Origin: an uncultured delta proteobacterium
GTDB lineage: Bacteria; Desulfobacterota; Binatia; UBA9968
Assembly: GCA_963847445.1 (NCBI GenBank)
Contig: CAWJZV010000002.1
Location: forward strand, 135,127 to 199,126
Reading direction: 5' to 3'
DNA length: 64,000 nucleotides
Shown here: piece by piece, positions 36,410 to 46,036 of the stretch
Numbering within the stretch: the stretch's first letter is position 1
How the letters are laid out: every line of letters begins with the position of its first letter
Translations under genes and position numbers: made by a program
Notes under the pieces: model-generated
Database searches by the model: none
What the model was told of the DNA's origin: nothing
Seen by the model: only the letters and a program-made list of their open reading frames with translations

Positions 36410-37665
36410 TCATGCGATTAGAATCCCGGCGCCTGCGGCGGCGAATAACAAGAGGGTGACCGCAATGATCGTGCGGCGCAGCGCGGGCGCGCCCATAGCC
36501 GCGGCCATCGCGCATTTCACCAGGGTATTCGAAATCACCGCGATGACGATTGTACGCTGGGCGATGGTCGTTATCTCCGGGCTGGTGCGGGCGAGGTTCG
36601 CCATCGAGAGCGAAATGGCATCCACATCGGTAAGACCCGCGACGGCGCCGGCAAGGTAGAGCCCCGCGGCGCCGAGATAGGCCTCGGCAGCCTTGGCCGC
36701 GACGGTCACAATGCCAAACAGCAAGCCGAACTTGATCGCTTCGCTGAGCTCGAAAGGATTCGCTCCCGCGGTCACCACTCCGGTTTCGCGCGATCGGCTG
36801 CGCCGCCACAGTAGCAACGAAACGATCAAACCCGCCAGCGCCATCCAGCCAAGCGCCAATGGCTAGGCCGCGGGCCAGCGCCCTGTTGACCAGGGCAACC
36901 ATAACGACGACGCGAATAAACATGATGGTCCAGGCGATCACGATCGCCAGCACGAACGGGCTCGACATCGCCGGTTCGCGCCGGCTGCGCTGGGAGAAAC
37001 TCAGCGTGACCGCGGTGCTCGACACCAGACCGCCAAGGATGCCCGTGACGACAAAGCCATGTTCGCTGCCGAACACTTTAACCAGCACGTAGCCGAGGAA
37101 ATTAAGCCCGGCGATGAGCACGACCATCAGCCAGATTTTGTAAGGATTGATGACGTCAATGGGCGGCGGGCCGAAGGTCTCATTGGGCAGGAGCGGCAAA
37201 ATGATCACGCTGATCACGGCAAACTGCAGTGTCGCTTCAACGTCGGCGAGTTCGACGCGGCGCGCCAGACCATGCAAAAAATCCTTGAGCGTGAGCAGCA
37301 ACAGACACACCACCGTCACGACGCTTGCCACACCGACGTTGTCCCAGCCGCACAGAGCACCGGCAATGAAAGCGAGCAGCGCGCTGATTTCAGTGGTGAT
37401 GCCCACCTCGCCTCGCCCCGCCGTCGTCGCGTAGGACATGAGCACCAGCGCGCTTACGGCGATAAACGCGGCGACGATGAGCCAGCTTTGGCCCAACTCC
37501 CGCTCCATAAAGGCGCCGAGCGCGCCCAATAGAGCAATCAGGGCGAAGGTCCGCACCCCGCCGAACAACAGCTCGGCATCGCGTTTTCGCTCCCGCTCCA
37601 AACCCAGCAGCAGGCCGAGACCGAGCGCCGCGCCCTAAGCGGATCGCCAACTCTAGATCAAACAT
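36410..37665 (-). CDS. MgtC/SapB family protein with DUF4010, frameshifted
   Basis: LGLERE..FGGVRTF, GITTE, NPYKIWLMVVLI, GGLVSSTAVT and AGLTDVDAI. Confidence 0.85.
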
Positions 37666-37800
37666 CTTGTCCGTCGCGCTTCGACTGATTCTCTGCCGGC
37701 CGGCCATTCCGTCCACAGCGAAATGTTCAGACGATGCCGCTGTGCGTTGCCATTACTCGCGCTACTCGACAGCGCTGGCGAGACTCCAGTCACTTGCCGC

Positions 37801-38700
37801 CTACAACGTCCGTTTTGCCGCCGCCAGCTCTTTCAACTTGCTCTCGCTGACTTTCGGATATTTGAGATCGAGCCCGGCCAGCGCGTCGATGACCGCGGCG
37901 GCAACGACCACCCGGGTAAACCACTTGTTGTCGGCGGGCACGACGTACCACGGCGCGGCTTTCGTCGCGGTGTTGCGGATCATGTCTTCGTAGGCGCTCA
38001 TGTAGTCGTCCCAGTGTTGGCGCTCCTTGGCGTCGTTGGCCGAGAACTTCCAGTTTTTCTCGGGCTCCTCAATGCGCTCGAGGAAGCGCTTCTTCTGTTC
38101 TTTGTTCGAGACATGCAGGAAGAACTTGCGAATGGCGACGCCGTTGCGGGTCAGGTAGCGCTCGTAACTGCGGATGTCCTGAAAGCGGTCCTTCCAGATA
38201 TCCTTTGTGACCAGTTCCGGCGGCAACTTCTGCTTGTCCAAAAACTCCCGATGCACCCGCACCACCAGGGTCTCCTCGTAATAGCTGCGATTGAAAATAC
38301 CGATGCGGCCGCGCTCGGGCAGACATTTCATGCAACGCCAGAGGTAATCGTGGTCGAGGTCTTCGCTGGTCGGCGCCTTGAAAGAAAAAACCTGGCAGCC
38401 CTGCGGGTTGACGCCGGACATGACATGCTTGATCGCGCCGTCTTTGCCCGCGGCGTCCATCGCCTGGAAGATCAGCAGCACCGCCCAGTTGTCCTGGGCA
38501 TAAAGCATGTCCTGAAGCTCGGCCAACACATCGACGCCCATGGCGAGCGCTTCCTTGGCGCGCGGTTTGTCCTCGGATGTCAAATCGAGGGTGTCGCCGG
38601 GGTCGATGTCCTTGAGGCGAAATTTGTCATCGGTCACGCGGAATGGCTTGGCAAACTTGCGCGCCTTCTTGATCAGATTTTTCATGTCTTTGTTGTTCAC
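37801..38700 (-). CDS. ppk2: Polyphosphate kinase 2 family protein (class III-like)
   Basis: QAMDAAGKDG Walker A, FKAPTSEDLDHDYLWR, IFNRSYYE, KNWKFS and APWYVVPADNKW. Confidence 0.93.
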   Translation of the reverse strand: MNNKDMKNLIKKARKFAKPFRVTDDKFRLKDIDPGDTLDLTSEDKPRAKEALAMGVDVLAELQDMLYAQDNWAVLLIFQAMDAAGKDGAIKHVMSGVNPQGCQVFSFKAPTSEDLDHDYLWRCMKCLPERGRIGIFNRSYYEETLVVRVHREFLDKQKLPPELVTKDIWKDRFQDIRSYERYLTRNGVAIRKFFLHVSNKEQKKRFLERIEEPEKNWKFSANDAKERQHWDDYMSAYEDMIRNTATKAAPWYVVPADNKWFTRVVVAAAVIDALAGLDLKYPKVSESKLKELAAAKRTL

Positions 38701-38745
38701 AGAGTTACCTCCTGGTTAATCATTCACGTTTTATCGTTTACCACT

Positions 38746-39726
38746 TCAGTGACGGCGGATAGCGTCGGGGTCGCATCGGTTTCGCTCGAACTCGCCATCT
38801 GATGATTCCGCCGCATGCTCGATCGCCAGGCGAAATATTTTCTCGACCTCGTTGGCCTGGCCGCTGCGCTCCTTCTCCAGTTCCGCCAAAAGTATTCGCA
38901 CCGCTGGCATCTCATTCAGTAAAACCTCCGCCCGCGCCAGCGCTTCGGCAACCGCTCGGTGGAACACTTGGCGGTCGTGCCAGACGCCAATGGCATCCTG
39001 CAAATCGGCCAGCGATTTGAGCTCGGCCTTGAGCGGCTTGGCGCCGATCTCGAAAAGCAGTTCGCTGCGGTAGCGCAAAACCTTGGTGGCGATGCGAAAG
39101 GCGTGCAGGTCAACCACCGCGCGAGTTTCCTGTGCGCGCGCCAAGGCGGATTGCCAAGCGATCCACGCTGCTTGCACGCTGGCGCCGAGCCGCTGCATCA
39201 GCACGTCCGGACTTTCATCGCTGGCTTGTCGCAAAACTTTTTCGGCTCGGGCGGCGTAATCGCCAAGATCCTCGCGCAGCAGCCTTTTTCCCGCGCGGGC
39301 GACCTCCTTAGCGCGTTTCTGCAACAGGTAGTCGCGGACAAACGCCCAGGCTTGCCGCTTGGCCTCGCTGCGCGTGCGCCGGTGCTGGCGCGCGACGATC
39401 TCGAGCAGGACATCGCAGTTGCGCCATTCACCGAGCGCGCGCCGAATCCGCCGCGGCGTCCGCCGCAAGCGCCGCACCTTGGCCGAACGCGGCTTGGGAA
39501 ACAAGGCATCGATCGCCTGTTGTAAACGCCGGCTCCAAACGCGCGCATCATGAATAATCTTCGGGTTCCCATCCGCGCGCACTTGCGGCGCTAACGCGAC
39601 AAATTTCTTCAACCGTTTTCGGACGAGACGCGTTAACGATCGACGAGCGTCCAAAGCAACAGCCGTTTGCGGTGCTTGAGTGTTGGTCTCGGCCGATTCA
39701 AGCGGTGGTTCATTCTCCTGTTCCAT
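38746..39726 (-). CDS. CHAD domain protein (polyphosphate-binding)
   Basis: IHDARVWSRRL, LGEWRNCDV, LHAFRIATKVLRY and LQDAIGVWHD. Confidence 0.88.
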   Translation of the reverse strand: MEQENEPPLESAETNTQAPQTAVALDARRSLTRLVRKRLKKFVALAPQVRADGNPKIIHDARVWSRRLQQAIDALFPKPRSAKVRRLRRTPRRIRRALGEWRNCDVLLEIVARQHRRTRSEAKRQAWAFVRDYLLQKRAKEVARAGKRLLREDLGDYAARAEKVLRQASDESPDVLMQRLGASVQAAWIAWQSALARAQETRAVVDLHAFRIATKVLRYRSELLFEIGAKPLKAELKSLADLQDAIGVWHDRQVFHRAVAEALARAEVLLNEMPAVRILLAELEKERSGQANEVEKIFRLAIEHAAESSDGEFERNRCDPDAIRRH

Positions 39727-39886
39727 GATTTTTTCTCAGACCGCGATGATCCCCAATAGCCGATCGATTCAACCGGCCATTTCGCGATCGGGGTATGAAC
39801 CCCGCTCGCGACCAAAGGGGATGTTCAACCCCCTTTGGAAACCCCAGCAATTTTGTGCCCGCAGCATGCTGCGGGGAATATTAGAT

Positions 39887-40394
39887 TCAATGCGCCAGGA
39901 GTCGTAATTGTCTGGGCGTCAACGCCCAGAGGAGAATCGCTGGCTTTTTTGCCGGAACACCGTCTACTTCGAGACAGCAAAGCCCGCCCTTTTTCAGCCG
40001 AATCTCCGCCCCTACCGTTCGCCGCCAATAAAAATGACACCGTCTTGCTCAATAGCGGTTCGTGACCGACCAAGAGGATTTCCTTATCGGTCGCGTAGCC
40101 AGCCAGGCCAGACAGCAGTTCTTGGACCGATTGATCGGCACCGAGTTGCGGGATTTCCTCTAAACGGTCCTCGATCTGCAGGGTCTGCGCCACGATCTTG
40201 GCGGTTTGGCGCGCGCGTTCAAAGGGGCTGGTGAGGATTCGATCAAACGACAGCGACAAAGCGACCAGCCCTTTGGCTTCCTTGTTGATTCGTTTAATCC
40301 CCTTCGGGGTCAACTGCCGATTCCGGTCATCGGACCGATGGCCGCTTTCGCCGCGCTCCACCGCGATGCCATGACGCATGAAGTATAAATTCAT
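39887..40394 (-). CDS. sixA: Phosphohistidine phosphatase SixA, 3' frameshift
   Basis: LYFMRHGIA, ILTSPFERARQTA and LLVGHEP. The true C-terminus LKKGGLCCLE...LTPRQLRLLAH* is in another frame. Confidence 0.88.
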
Positions 40395-40459
40395 AACCGG
40401 CTGGATCGCTGGCGGCTGCGCCGGGAGCGTACAAGATCCTTCAGCTCTTTGTTGTTCAT
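40391..40459 (-). pseudogene. 22-codon ORF whose start mirrors the ppk2 N-terminus (5' stub of a ppk2 paralog)
   Basis: MNNKELKDLVR versus ppk2 MNNKDMKNLIK. GAGGTG RBS; its stop overlaps the sixA ATG (ATGA). Confidence 0.45.
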
Positions 40460-40492
40460 GGGTTCACCTCTTTCCGCTTCATTGGAACTCCG

Positions 40493-41866
40493 TCAAGTCA
40501 ATTTTGCATCGAACCAGCCGCCATCCGGAGCCATCAACGCGCCCGCTTGTGACGGCCCCCATGTGCCCGGCTCGTACTCGTGAATCGGAGCGGCATCGAC
40601 CAATATTGGATCGACGATCCGCCATGCTTCTTCGACATAGTCCTGGCGCGCAAAGCGGCCGGAATTCCCGCACATCGCGTCATACAACAGTTCCTCGTAA
40701 GCCCCCATCTCGGCGGCATCGGATTGCTGGCTGATCACGAGTTCGACCTGTTGCCCTTCGAGCTGCTCGCCCGCCTTCTTTACCGAAGCGCCCACCGCAA
40801 TCATCAAATCGGGCGTCACGCGGAAGTGAAAATAGTTAGCCGGAGGGGAAAACCCGGCAAAGATTGCCGGGGGCTGGCGCAGCTTGACGATGACATCGGT
40901 CGCCGTCACGGGAAGACGCTTGCCCGCTCGAATGTAAAACGGCACCCCCTTCCAGCGCCACGAGTTGATCTCAAGGCGCAATGCCACAAAGGTTTCCGTC
41001 TGAGAGTCGGCCTTGACGCCTGGCTCGTCGCGATAACCGCGAAATTGACCGCGGATAACATCCCACGGCTGCAACGGACGAATCCCCTTGAGTACTTTTG
41101 CCTTTTCATCCCGCACCATCTCGGCATCCTGGCCGGGCGGAGGCTCCATGGCAATGTTTGACAGGACTTGCAGCAGATGGTTTTGCACGACGTCGCGCAA
41201 CGCGCCCGTGCGATCGTAAAAATTGCCGCGACCCTCGACGCCAAACTTTTCCGCCATCGTGATCTGCACGCTTTCAACGAACTGCCGATTCCACAAGGGT
41301 TCGAGAAATGAATTTGCGAAGCGGAAAAAAAGCAGGTTTTGCACGGTATTTTTGCCCAGGTAGTGGTCGATGCGAAACACGTCTGCTTCGCTGAAAATAC
41401 CGTGCACCACCGAGTTCAGCGTCTGCGCCGTGGCGAGGTTATGGCCGAAAGGTTTTTCGAGTACGATGCGCGCGCCCTCGGCGCAACCCGATTCGCCGAG
41501 CCGATGAATGACGGTCTCGAACAGGCTGGGCGGAATGGCGAGATAGTGCATCGGCTGCTTCGCGTTGCCCAGTTTCCGCCGTAACTCCTGAAAGGTCGCC
41601 GCCTCGCTATAGTCGCCGTCTACATACTCCATAAGGCCGCTCAAACGGCCGAATGCGTCCGTGTCCAAACCGCCATACCGTTCGACGCTGTCCCGCGCGC
41701 GCGCCTTGAGCTGGTCGAGGGTCCAGCCGGCTTTGGCGACACCGATCACCGGGATGTCGAGCTTGCCGCGTTTAGCCAGCGCTTGCAGGGCGGGAAATAT
41801 TTTTTTGTGGGCGAGATCCCCGGTTGCCCCAAAAAACACCAGCGCATCCGCTTCTGTCTGATTCAT
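40493..41866 (-). CDS. zwf: Glucose-6-phosphate 1-dehydrogenase
   Basis: [31 protein letters not shown] and RDVVQNHL. Start MNQTE after an AAGGAG RBS. Confidence 0.95.
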   Translation of the reverse strand: MNQTEADALVFFGATGDLAHKKIFPALQALAKRGKLDIPVIGVAKAGWTLDQLKARARDSVERYGGLDTDAFGRLSGLMEYVDGDYSEAATFQELRRKLGNAKQPMHYLAIPPSLFETVIHRLGESGCAEGARIVLEKPFGHNLATAQTLNSVVHGIFSEADVFRIDHYLGKNTVQNLLFFRFANSFLEPLWNRQFVESVQITMAEKFGVEGRGNFYDRTGALRDVVQNHLLQVLSNIAMEPPPGQDAEMVRDEKAKVLKGIRPLQPWDVIRGQFRGYRDEPGVKADSQTETFVALRLEINSWRWKGVPFYIRAGKRLPVTATDVIVKLRQPPAIFAGFSPPANYFHFRVTPDLMIAVGASVKKAGEQLEGQQVELVISQQSDAAEMGAYEELLYDAMCGNSGRFARQDYVEEAWRIVDPILVDAAPIHEYEPGTWGPSQAGALMAPDGGWFDAKLT

Positions 41867-41924
41867 CGCATAGGCTCCTTTTGATGCCGGCTTAATAATT
41901 CGCTCCAGGGCGATGCCCGCTGGA

Positions 41925-43352
41925 CTACCGGCGTTTTTCGCCTGGCGCAGAGAGTACAGACAATTTCCCATCGCGCAGCACGATCTGCCCTTGGCGCGAG
42001 AAATCGATCGACTCGCCAAGAATCCGCGCAGCCTCCTGCGGCGCGTGGAAGCCGGTTGAGTTTTCGGCCTCGACAAAATCCAAGTAGAACTGCGCCTTGC
42101 GCTGGAATTCTTGCGCCTTCGCCAGCTCAGCATCCGTCTTGCCCGCCGTCTTGGCGGTTTTGAGATCTTTGATCAAATCGATCAGCGCATCCATCGCCAC
42201 GTTGCGCAACTTGTGGGTGCGTTGCTGAATGGTCTCGACCCGCGCCTTGAGCTCTTCCTCCGGCCATTTATGGCAAGTCTGGCAAGCGCGATTGATGTTG
42301 AGTATCGGGCTGCGCACGTGATGGTCGCTGATCTTGAGGGCGCCTTCGCGCTTGTAGGGCATATGGCAGTCGGCGCAGGTCACCCCCGAACGCGCGTGAA
42401 TGCCCTGGCTCCATAGCTCGAACTCCGGATGTTGCGCTTTGAGCACGGCGGCGCCGCTGTCGGCGTGAGTCCAGTCTTTGAATTTCGCCTCGTCATAGTA
42501 AGCCTGAATCTCTTCAACCTTGAGCCCTTTGGCCCAGGGATAGACGAGCCGCTTCTCCGGCCCTTTGAAATAATACTCGACATGACACTGGCCGCAGACG
42601 TACGCGCGCATCTCCTGGCGCGTCGCCTGCTTGTTGACGTCATAATTTTGCACGCCCTGCGAAGCTTTGAACGCGCGCATGCCTTCGATAAAACCGGGAC
42701 GCGTGACCCGCAGTTGCATGGTGCTCGAATCGTGACAATCGATGCAGGCCACCGGATGCGAAACCAGCTTGCGCGCTTCGGCGTACGGCATTTGGTTGAG
42801 CTTTTCAAAGCCCTTGATGAGGTCGCCGTTCCCCGCCTTCCTATAGGGCACATAGAGCGATGCGTGGCACTGCAAGCAGGTGCCGGGCTGTTTGGCCACT
42901 TGTTGGCGCTCGGTGAAGATCTGGTCGTCGAGCATAAAAGCGTGGCCGCGCTCCTCGCGAAAATCCTTGGCAAACGCGTAGCCGGCCCACATGATCTTCA
43001 AGCGCGGATCTTCTTCGATCTTCGATTGTGAGACGATTGAGCGCGGATCGGCCTTGGTCGGCGTGCGCGGCTCGGCTTCGCTGCCGCCGAAGCGGGTGCG
43101 CACCTGATCCACCGTCCGTTTGTAGTCATCGTATTGCAGTGGAAAGTTCTTGCCCCACACGGCGGGATCTTCAGTATCGTCGGTGAGCTCGACCACGCGA
43201 TAAAACGGATTACGCGCCTCCTGTTTGCGCTCGAAGATATTCATCAGCAAGGCGACACCAACAATGGTCACGAGCACAGCTCCGCCCATGATGATCAAGA
43301 AACGGCGGCGGCGACGGCGAACAAATGCGTCGTTATCGTTGTTCTCAGCCAT
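41925..43352 (-). CDS. nrfA: Ammonia-forming cytochrome c552 nitrite reductase NrfA (CxxCH heme-1 variant)
   Basis: [57 protein letters not shown] and [10 protein letters not shown]. Confidence 0.93.
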   Translation of the reverse strand: MAENNDNDAFVRRRRRRFLIIMGGAVLVTIVGVALLMNIFERKQEARNPFYRVVELTDDTEDPAVWGKNFPLQYDDYKRTVDQVRTRFGGSEAEPRTPTKADPRSIVSQSKIEEDPRLKIMWAGYAFAKDFREERGHAFMLDDQIFTERQQVAKQPGTCLQCHASLYVPYRKAGNGDLIKGFEKLNQMPYAEARKLVSHPVACIDCHDSSTMQLRVTRPGFIEGMRAFKASQGVQNYDVNKQATRQEMRAYVCGQCHVEYYFKGPEKRLVYPWAKGLKVEEIQAYYDEAKFKDWTHADSGAAVLKAQHPEFELWSQGIHARSGVTCADCHMPYKREGALKISDHHVRSPILNINRACQTCHKWPEEELKARVETIQQRTHKLRNVAMDALIDLIKDLKTAKTAGKTDAELAKAQEFQRKAQFYLDFVEAENSTGFHAPQEAARILGESIDFSRQGQIVLRDGKLSVLSAPGEKRR

Positions 43353-43393
43353 AGAAACTCCTCAAACGATTCTGCTCGTGATTCTTTTCATCA

Positions 43394-43552
43394 CTAACAG
43401 TTTACTGAAAAACCCGGATTGCAGGCTGATCAAAAAGATCTCAGAGGCGAGGCGCGCGAAAAATAGACGAGCGGAGGCGTACATCGGCGGTACGTTGACA
43501 CGAGGCGATTGAGCGCAACGAAGCATATGAGTCTTTTTCAGCGGCCTGCTAA
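43394..43552. mobile_element. About 160-bp MITE with imperfect terminal inverted repeats between nrfH and nrfA
   Basis: Left end ctaacagtttactgaaaaa; right end tttttcagcggcctgctaa. Confidence 0.6.
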
Positions 43553-44004
43553 AGATGTCCCACCGAGTCGTGGCAGCGCACGCAGGCGAGTTGCCCGCCG
43601 CTCGATGCCGGGTGTGCCGGCTCGATGGCGCCGACAATCTCTCCGTGGCAGTTGCGACAGGCTTGCTCGGTGATCTCGCGGCTGTGCGGTTTGATTTGAA
43701 TATTGTCCGGGTAGCCGCCGGTGGTGAAGAAAAATGAATGCCAGAAGCCGTTCGATGCCTTGGTTGCATACTTGCCGATCAGGTTTGCCGGGGTGTGGCA
43801 GGCATTGCAATTCGCAACGGCGCGGTGGGACGACTTGAGCCAGCCGTCGAATTGCTCGCGCATGACGTGGCAGTTGGCGCAGGCCGCCGGATTATCGGTC
43901 AAATAAGACCAACCCTGAGCATACGCAAAGGTGTAGAGGCCAATGCCCGTCGCGATACCGATAACCACGCCGAGCAGGATCCCTTGAATCGTGTGAAGCT
44001 TCAT
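43549..44004 (-). CDS. nrfH: Cytochrome c nitrite reductase small subunit NrfH
   Basis: TM anchor; SYLTDNPAACANCHVM, CNACH, CRNCH and CVRCHDSVGH. Confidence 0.93.
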   Translation of the reverse strand: MKLHTIQGILLGVVIGIATGIGLYTFAYAQGWSYLTDNPAACANCHVMREQFDGWLKSSHRAVANCNACHTPANLIGKYATKASNGFWHSFFFTTGGYPDNIQIKPHSREITEQACRNCHGEIVGAIEPAHPASSGGQLACVRCHDSVGHL

Positions 44005-44070
44005 CCGGATTATCTTGGTATCGCCAAGGGATCAAACTTTTCCCGAAGCCCCGAAAACTGCATTGAGTAC

Positions 44071-44745
44071 TTACGAGTTGTCTGTCTTTCCCCGCCCATA
44101 GAGGCTGACCAGTCGTGCCACCATTACAGCGAGAAAAAGCTGCCCCCCGACCCCCTCGACGATGGCCAGACCGCGCGCGACATCGGTGCGCGGTACGATA
44201 TCGCCGTAGCCAAGCGTCGCCAGCGTAACGAAGCTGAAATAAAAGGCGCTCATGCGCGAAAACACCCCATTGGTAATGAAAGTGCCTGGCCAAATTTGCT
44301 CGAGAACCCAGTAGAACAAACCGAAAAAAATCCCCGCGAGCAGGTAGGCGCTGAGCGCGGCATAGAGATGCTCGGCATCCACCGAAATGGCGCCCATTGC
44401 AAAGCGCAATGCGCCAGCTGCCGCGAACAGCCCGATCAGCGGCCAAATCGCCAGTGCCGTCGCCGACAGTGCCGGATGATCGAGCCAAGCTGTCGCTGCG
44501 CGCGCCAGCCATACCAAACCCATCATGATCAGCAGAACGCGGCGACCGTTTCTGACCCCGACGGGCATCACCGCGGCGAGCAGGTTGGCGGCGAGTAACA
44601 ACTCAATCAGAGCTCCAGGAAAATCCAATGCGGCGAAACCCGGCGCAGCCACCATGGTAATAAGCAGCGTATAGAACAGAAAGGCATAGCGCCGGCGCAA
44701 ATAAGCGCGCCCCAGATCGCGCACGCCGCCGGTTGCCGACAACAC
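44071..44745 (-). CDS. Potassium channel family protein (Ion_trans_2)
   Basis: YFSFVTLATLGYGDIVP selectivity filter. Confidence 0.88.
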   Translation of the reverse strand: MLSATGGVRDLGRAYLRRRYAFLFYTLLITMVAAPGFAALDFPGALIELLLAANLLAAVMPVGVRNGRRVLLIMMGLVWLARAATAWLDHPALSATALAIWPLIGLFAAAGALRFAMGAISVDAEHLYAALSAYLLAGIFFGLFYWVLEQIWPGTFITNGVFSRMSAFYFSFVTLATLGYGDIVPRTDVARGLAIVEGVGGQLFLAVMVARLVSLYGRGKTDNS

Positions 44746-44754
44746 CGGAATCGT

Positions 44755-45834
44755 TCATCGCGGCGTCGCCTCCGGCATGAAGTAAAATAAGAATGCCATG
44801 ATGACGTACACCGTGATCAGTTGCACGCCCTTGTACCAGTTCGCTCGCCCGTCCCCCGAAACAATCGCGCCGATCAAAACGGCGAGGAACAGCGAGCCAA
44901 TCTCCGCCCTGCCGAAGGAAAGCTCGAGCGGCTGCGGCCCCACCGCATAACTCATCAGCACCAGAGCAGGGGCGACAAATAGCGCGATCTGGATACTACT
45001 GCCGAGGGCGATGCCCACCGTGAGATCCATCTTGTTTTTTCGCGCCATGGCGATCGCCGATCCACTCTCGGCGGCGCCGCCGACGATAGCCAGAAAAACG
45101 ATGCCTATGAAGGTCTGCGACATACCCAGTGCCTTACCCGTCCCCTCGGCTGCGCCGACCAGGATCTCGCTCATCCACGCCGCCAAAACCGAGGCGACCA
45201 CCAGGCTCCCGACCGCTCTTGGTATTCCCCATTGCTCGCCCTCGCCATGGTGTTCTTCTTGACTGCCTGCAGCGGCGAAAAATTCCGGGTGAGTCTTGAG
45301 CATGAACAGGAGGTATAGCCCATAGGCGATCAAGAGGACGAACGCCATGCCCAGGTTTAGCAATTGCTCCTGGCGCATCGTCGCCTCTGACGAGAAAAAG
45401 CGGCTGAATGCGCTCGGCACCACCAGACTGATCACGGCGATGAGCATCATCGAGCTGTAGACCCGCGTGGCGCCGGGGTTGTATTCCTGATTGTGATAAC
45501 GCAGTCCGCCGAGCAAGAAGGCGACTCCCAGAGCGAGCAGAAGATTCGCCAGGATCGCGCCGATGAGCGAAGCCCGCACCATGTCGAACAGCCCGGCTTT
45601 TAGGGCAACCGTCGCGATGATCAGTTCAGGGGCGTTGCCGAAGGTTGCGTTCAGCAGTCCGCCAACCGCATCACCGGTTCGCGAGGCAATGTGCTCGGTC
45701 GCCTCGACGATCAGGCGTGCGATCGGAATGATGGCCACGCACGCGGCAAAAAATATCCATGTGTGGGCCTGCGGCGCCACGTGCTCGAGGACGACCACAA
45801 TCGGAATAAAGACGAGAAGCCAGTTGATGGTCAT
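44755..45834 (-). CDS. cax: Calcium/proton exchanger (CAX/ChaA family)
   Basis: GGLLNATFGNAPELII and ALGSSIQIALFVAP alpha-repeats. Confidence 0.9.
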   Translation of the reverse strand: MTINWLLVFIPIVVVLEHVAPQAHTWIFFAACVAIIPIARLIVEATEHIASRTGDAVGGLLNATFGNAPELIIATVALKAGLFDMVRASLIGAILANLLLALGVAFLLGGLRYHNQEYNPGATRVYSSMMLIAVISLVVPSAFSRFFSSEATMRQEQLLNLGMAFVLLIAYGLYLLFMLKTHPEFFAAAGSQEEHHGEGEQWGIPRAVGSLVVASVLAAWMSEILVGAAEGTGKALGMSQTFIGIVFLAIVGGAAESGSAIAMARKNKMDLTVGIALGSSIQIALFVAPALVLMSYAVGPQPLELSFGRAEIGSLFLAVLIGAIVSGDGRANWYKGVQLITVYVIMAFLFYFMPEATPR

Positions 45835-45886
45835 GGCAAAAGTCCCGAGGGAAACATGTGCGCGGCTCTAGAAAAAGAACGGATTG

Positions 45887-46030
45887 TTGGAGTACGGGAG
45901 TATCGGAGTATTGGGTTTTAAATCCACCATTCCATTACTCCATCACTCCACTTCTCCAACCTGTGCACCTTTAGCCAGGTTTCGTATTCCCCAACGGTTT
46001 GAACTTTTTGAACGACTGGAACGATTTGAA
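45887..46030. repeat. 8-mer inverted tandem repeats (GGAGTANN/ACTCCANN) followed by 9-mer TTGAAC repeats
   Basis: tggagtacgggagtatcggagtattggg...ccattccattactccatcactcca; aacggtttgaactttttgaacgactggaacgatttgaac. Confidence 0.65.
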
Positions 46031-46036
46031 CCTATT

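Noticed and set aside
41867-42133. N-terminal extensions of zwf (and of TAXI to 24933 and DUF4410 to 33152) in the ORF track
   Set aside because: They overlap upstream genes or promoters. Downstream starts have an RBS and match family N-termini.
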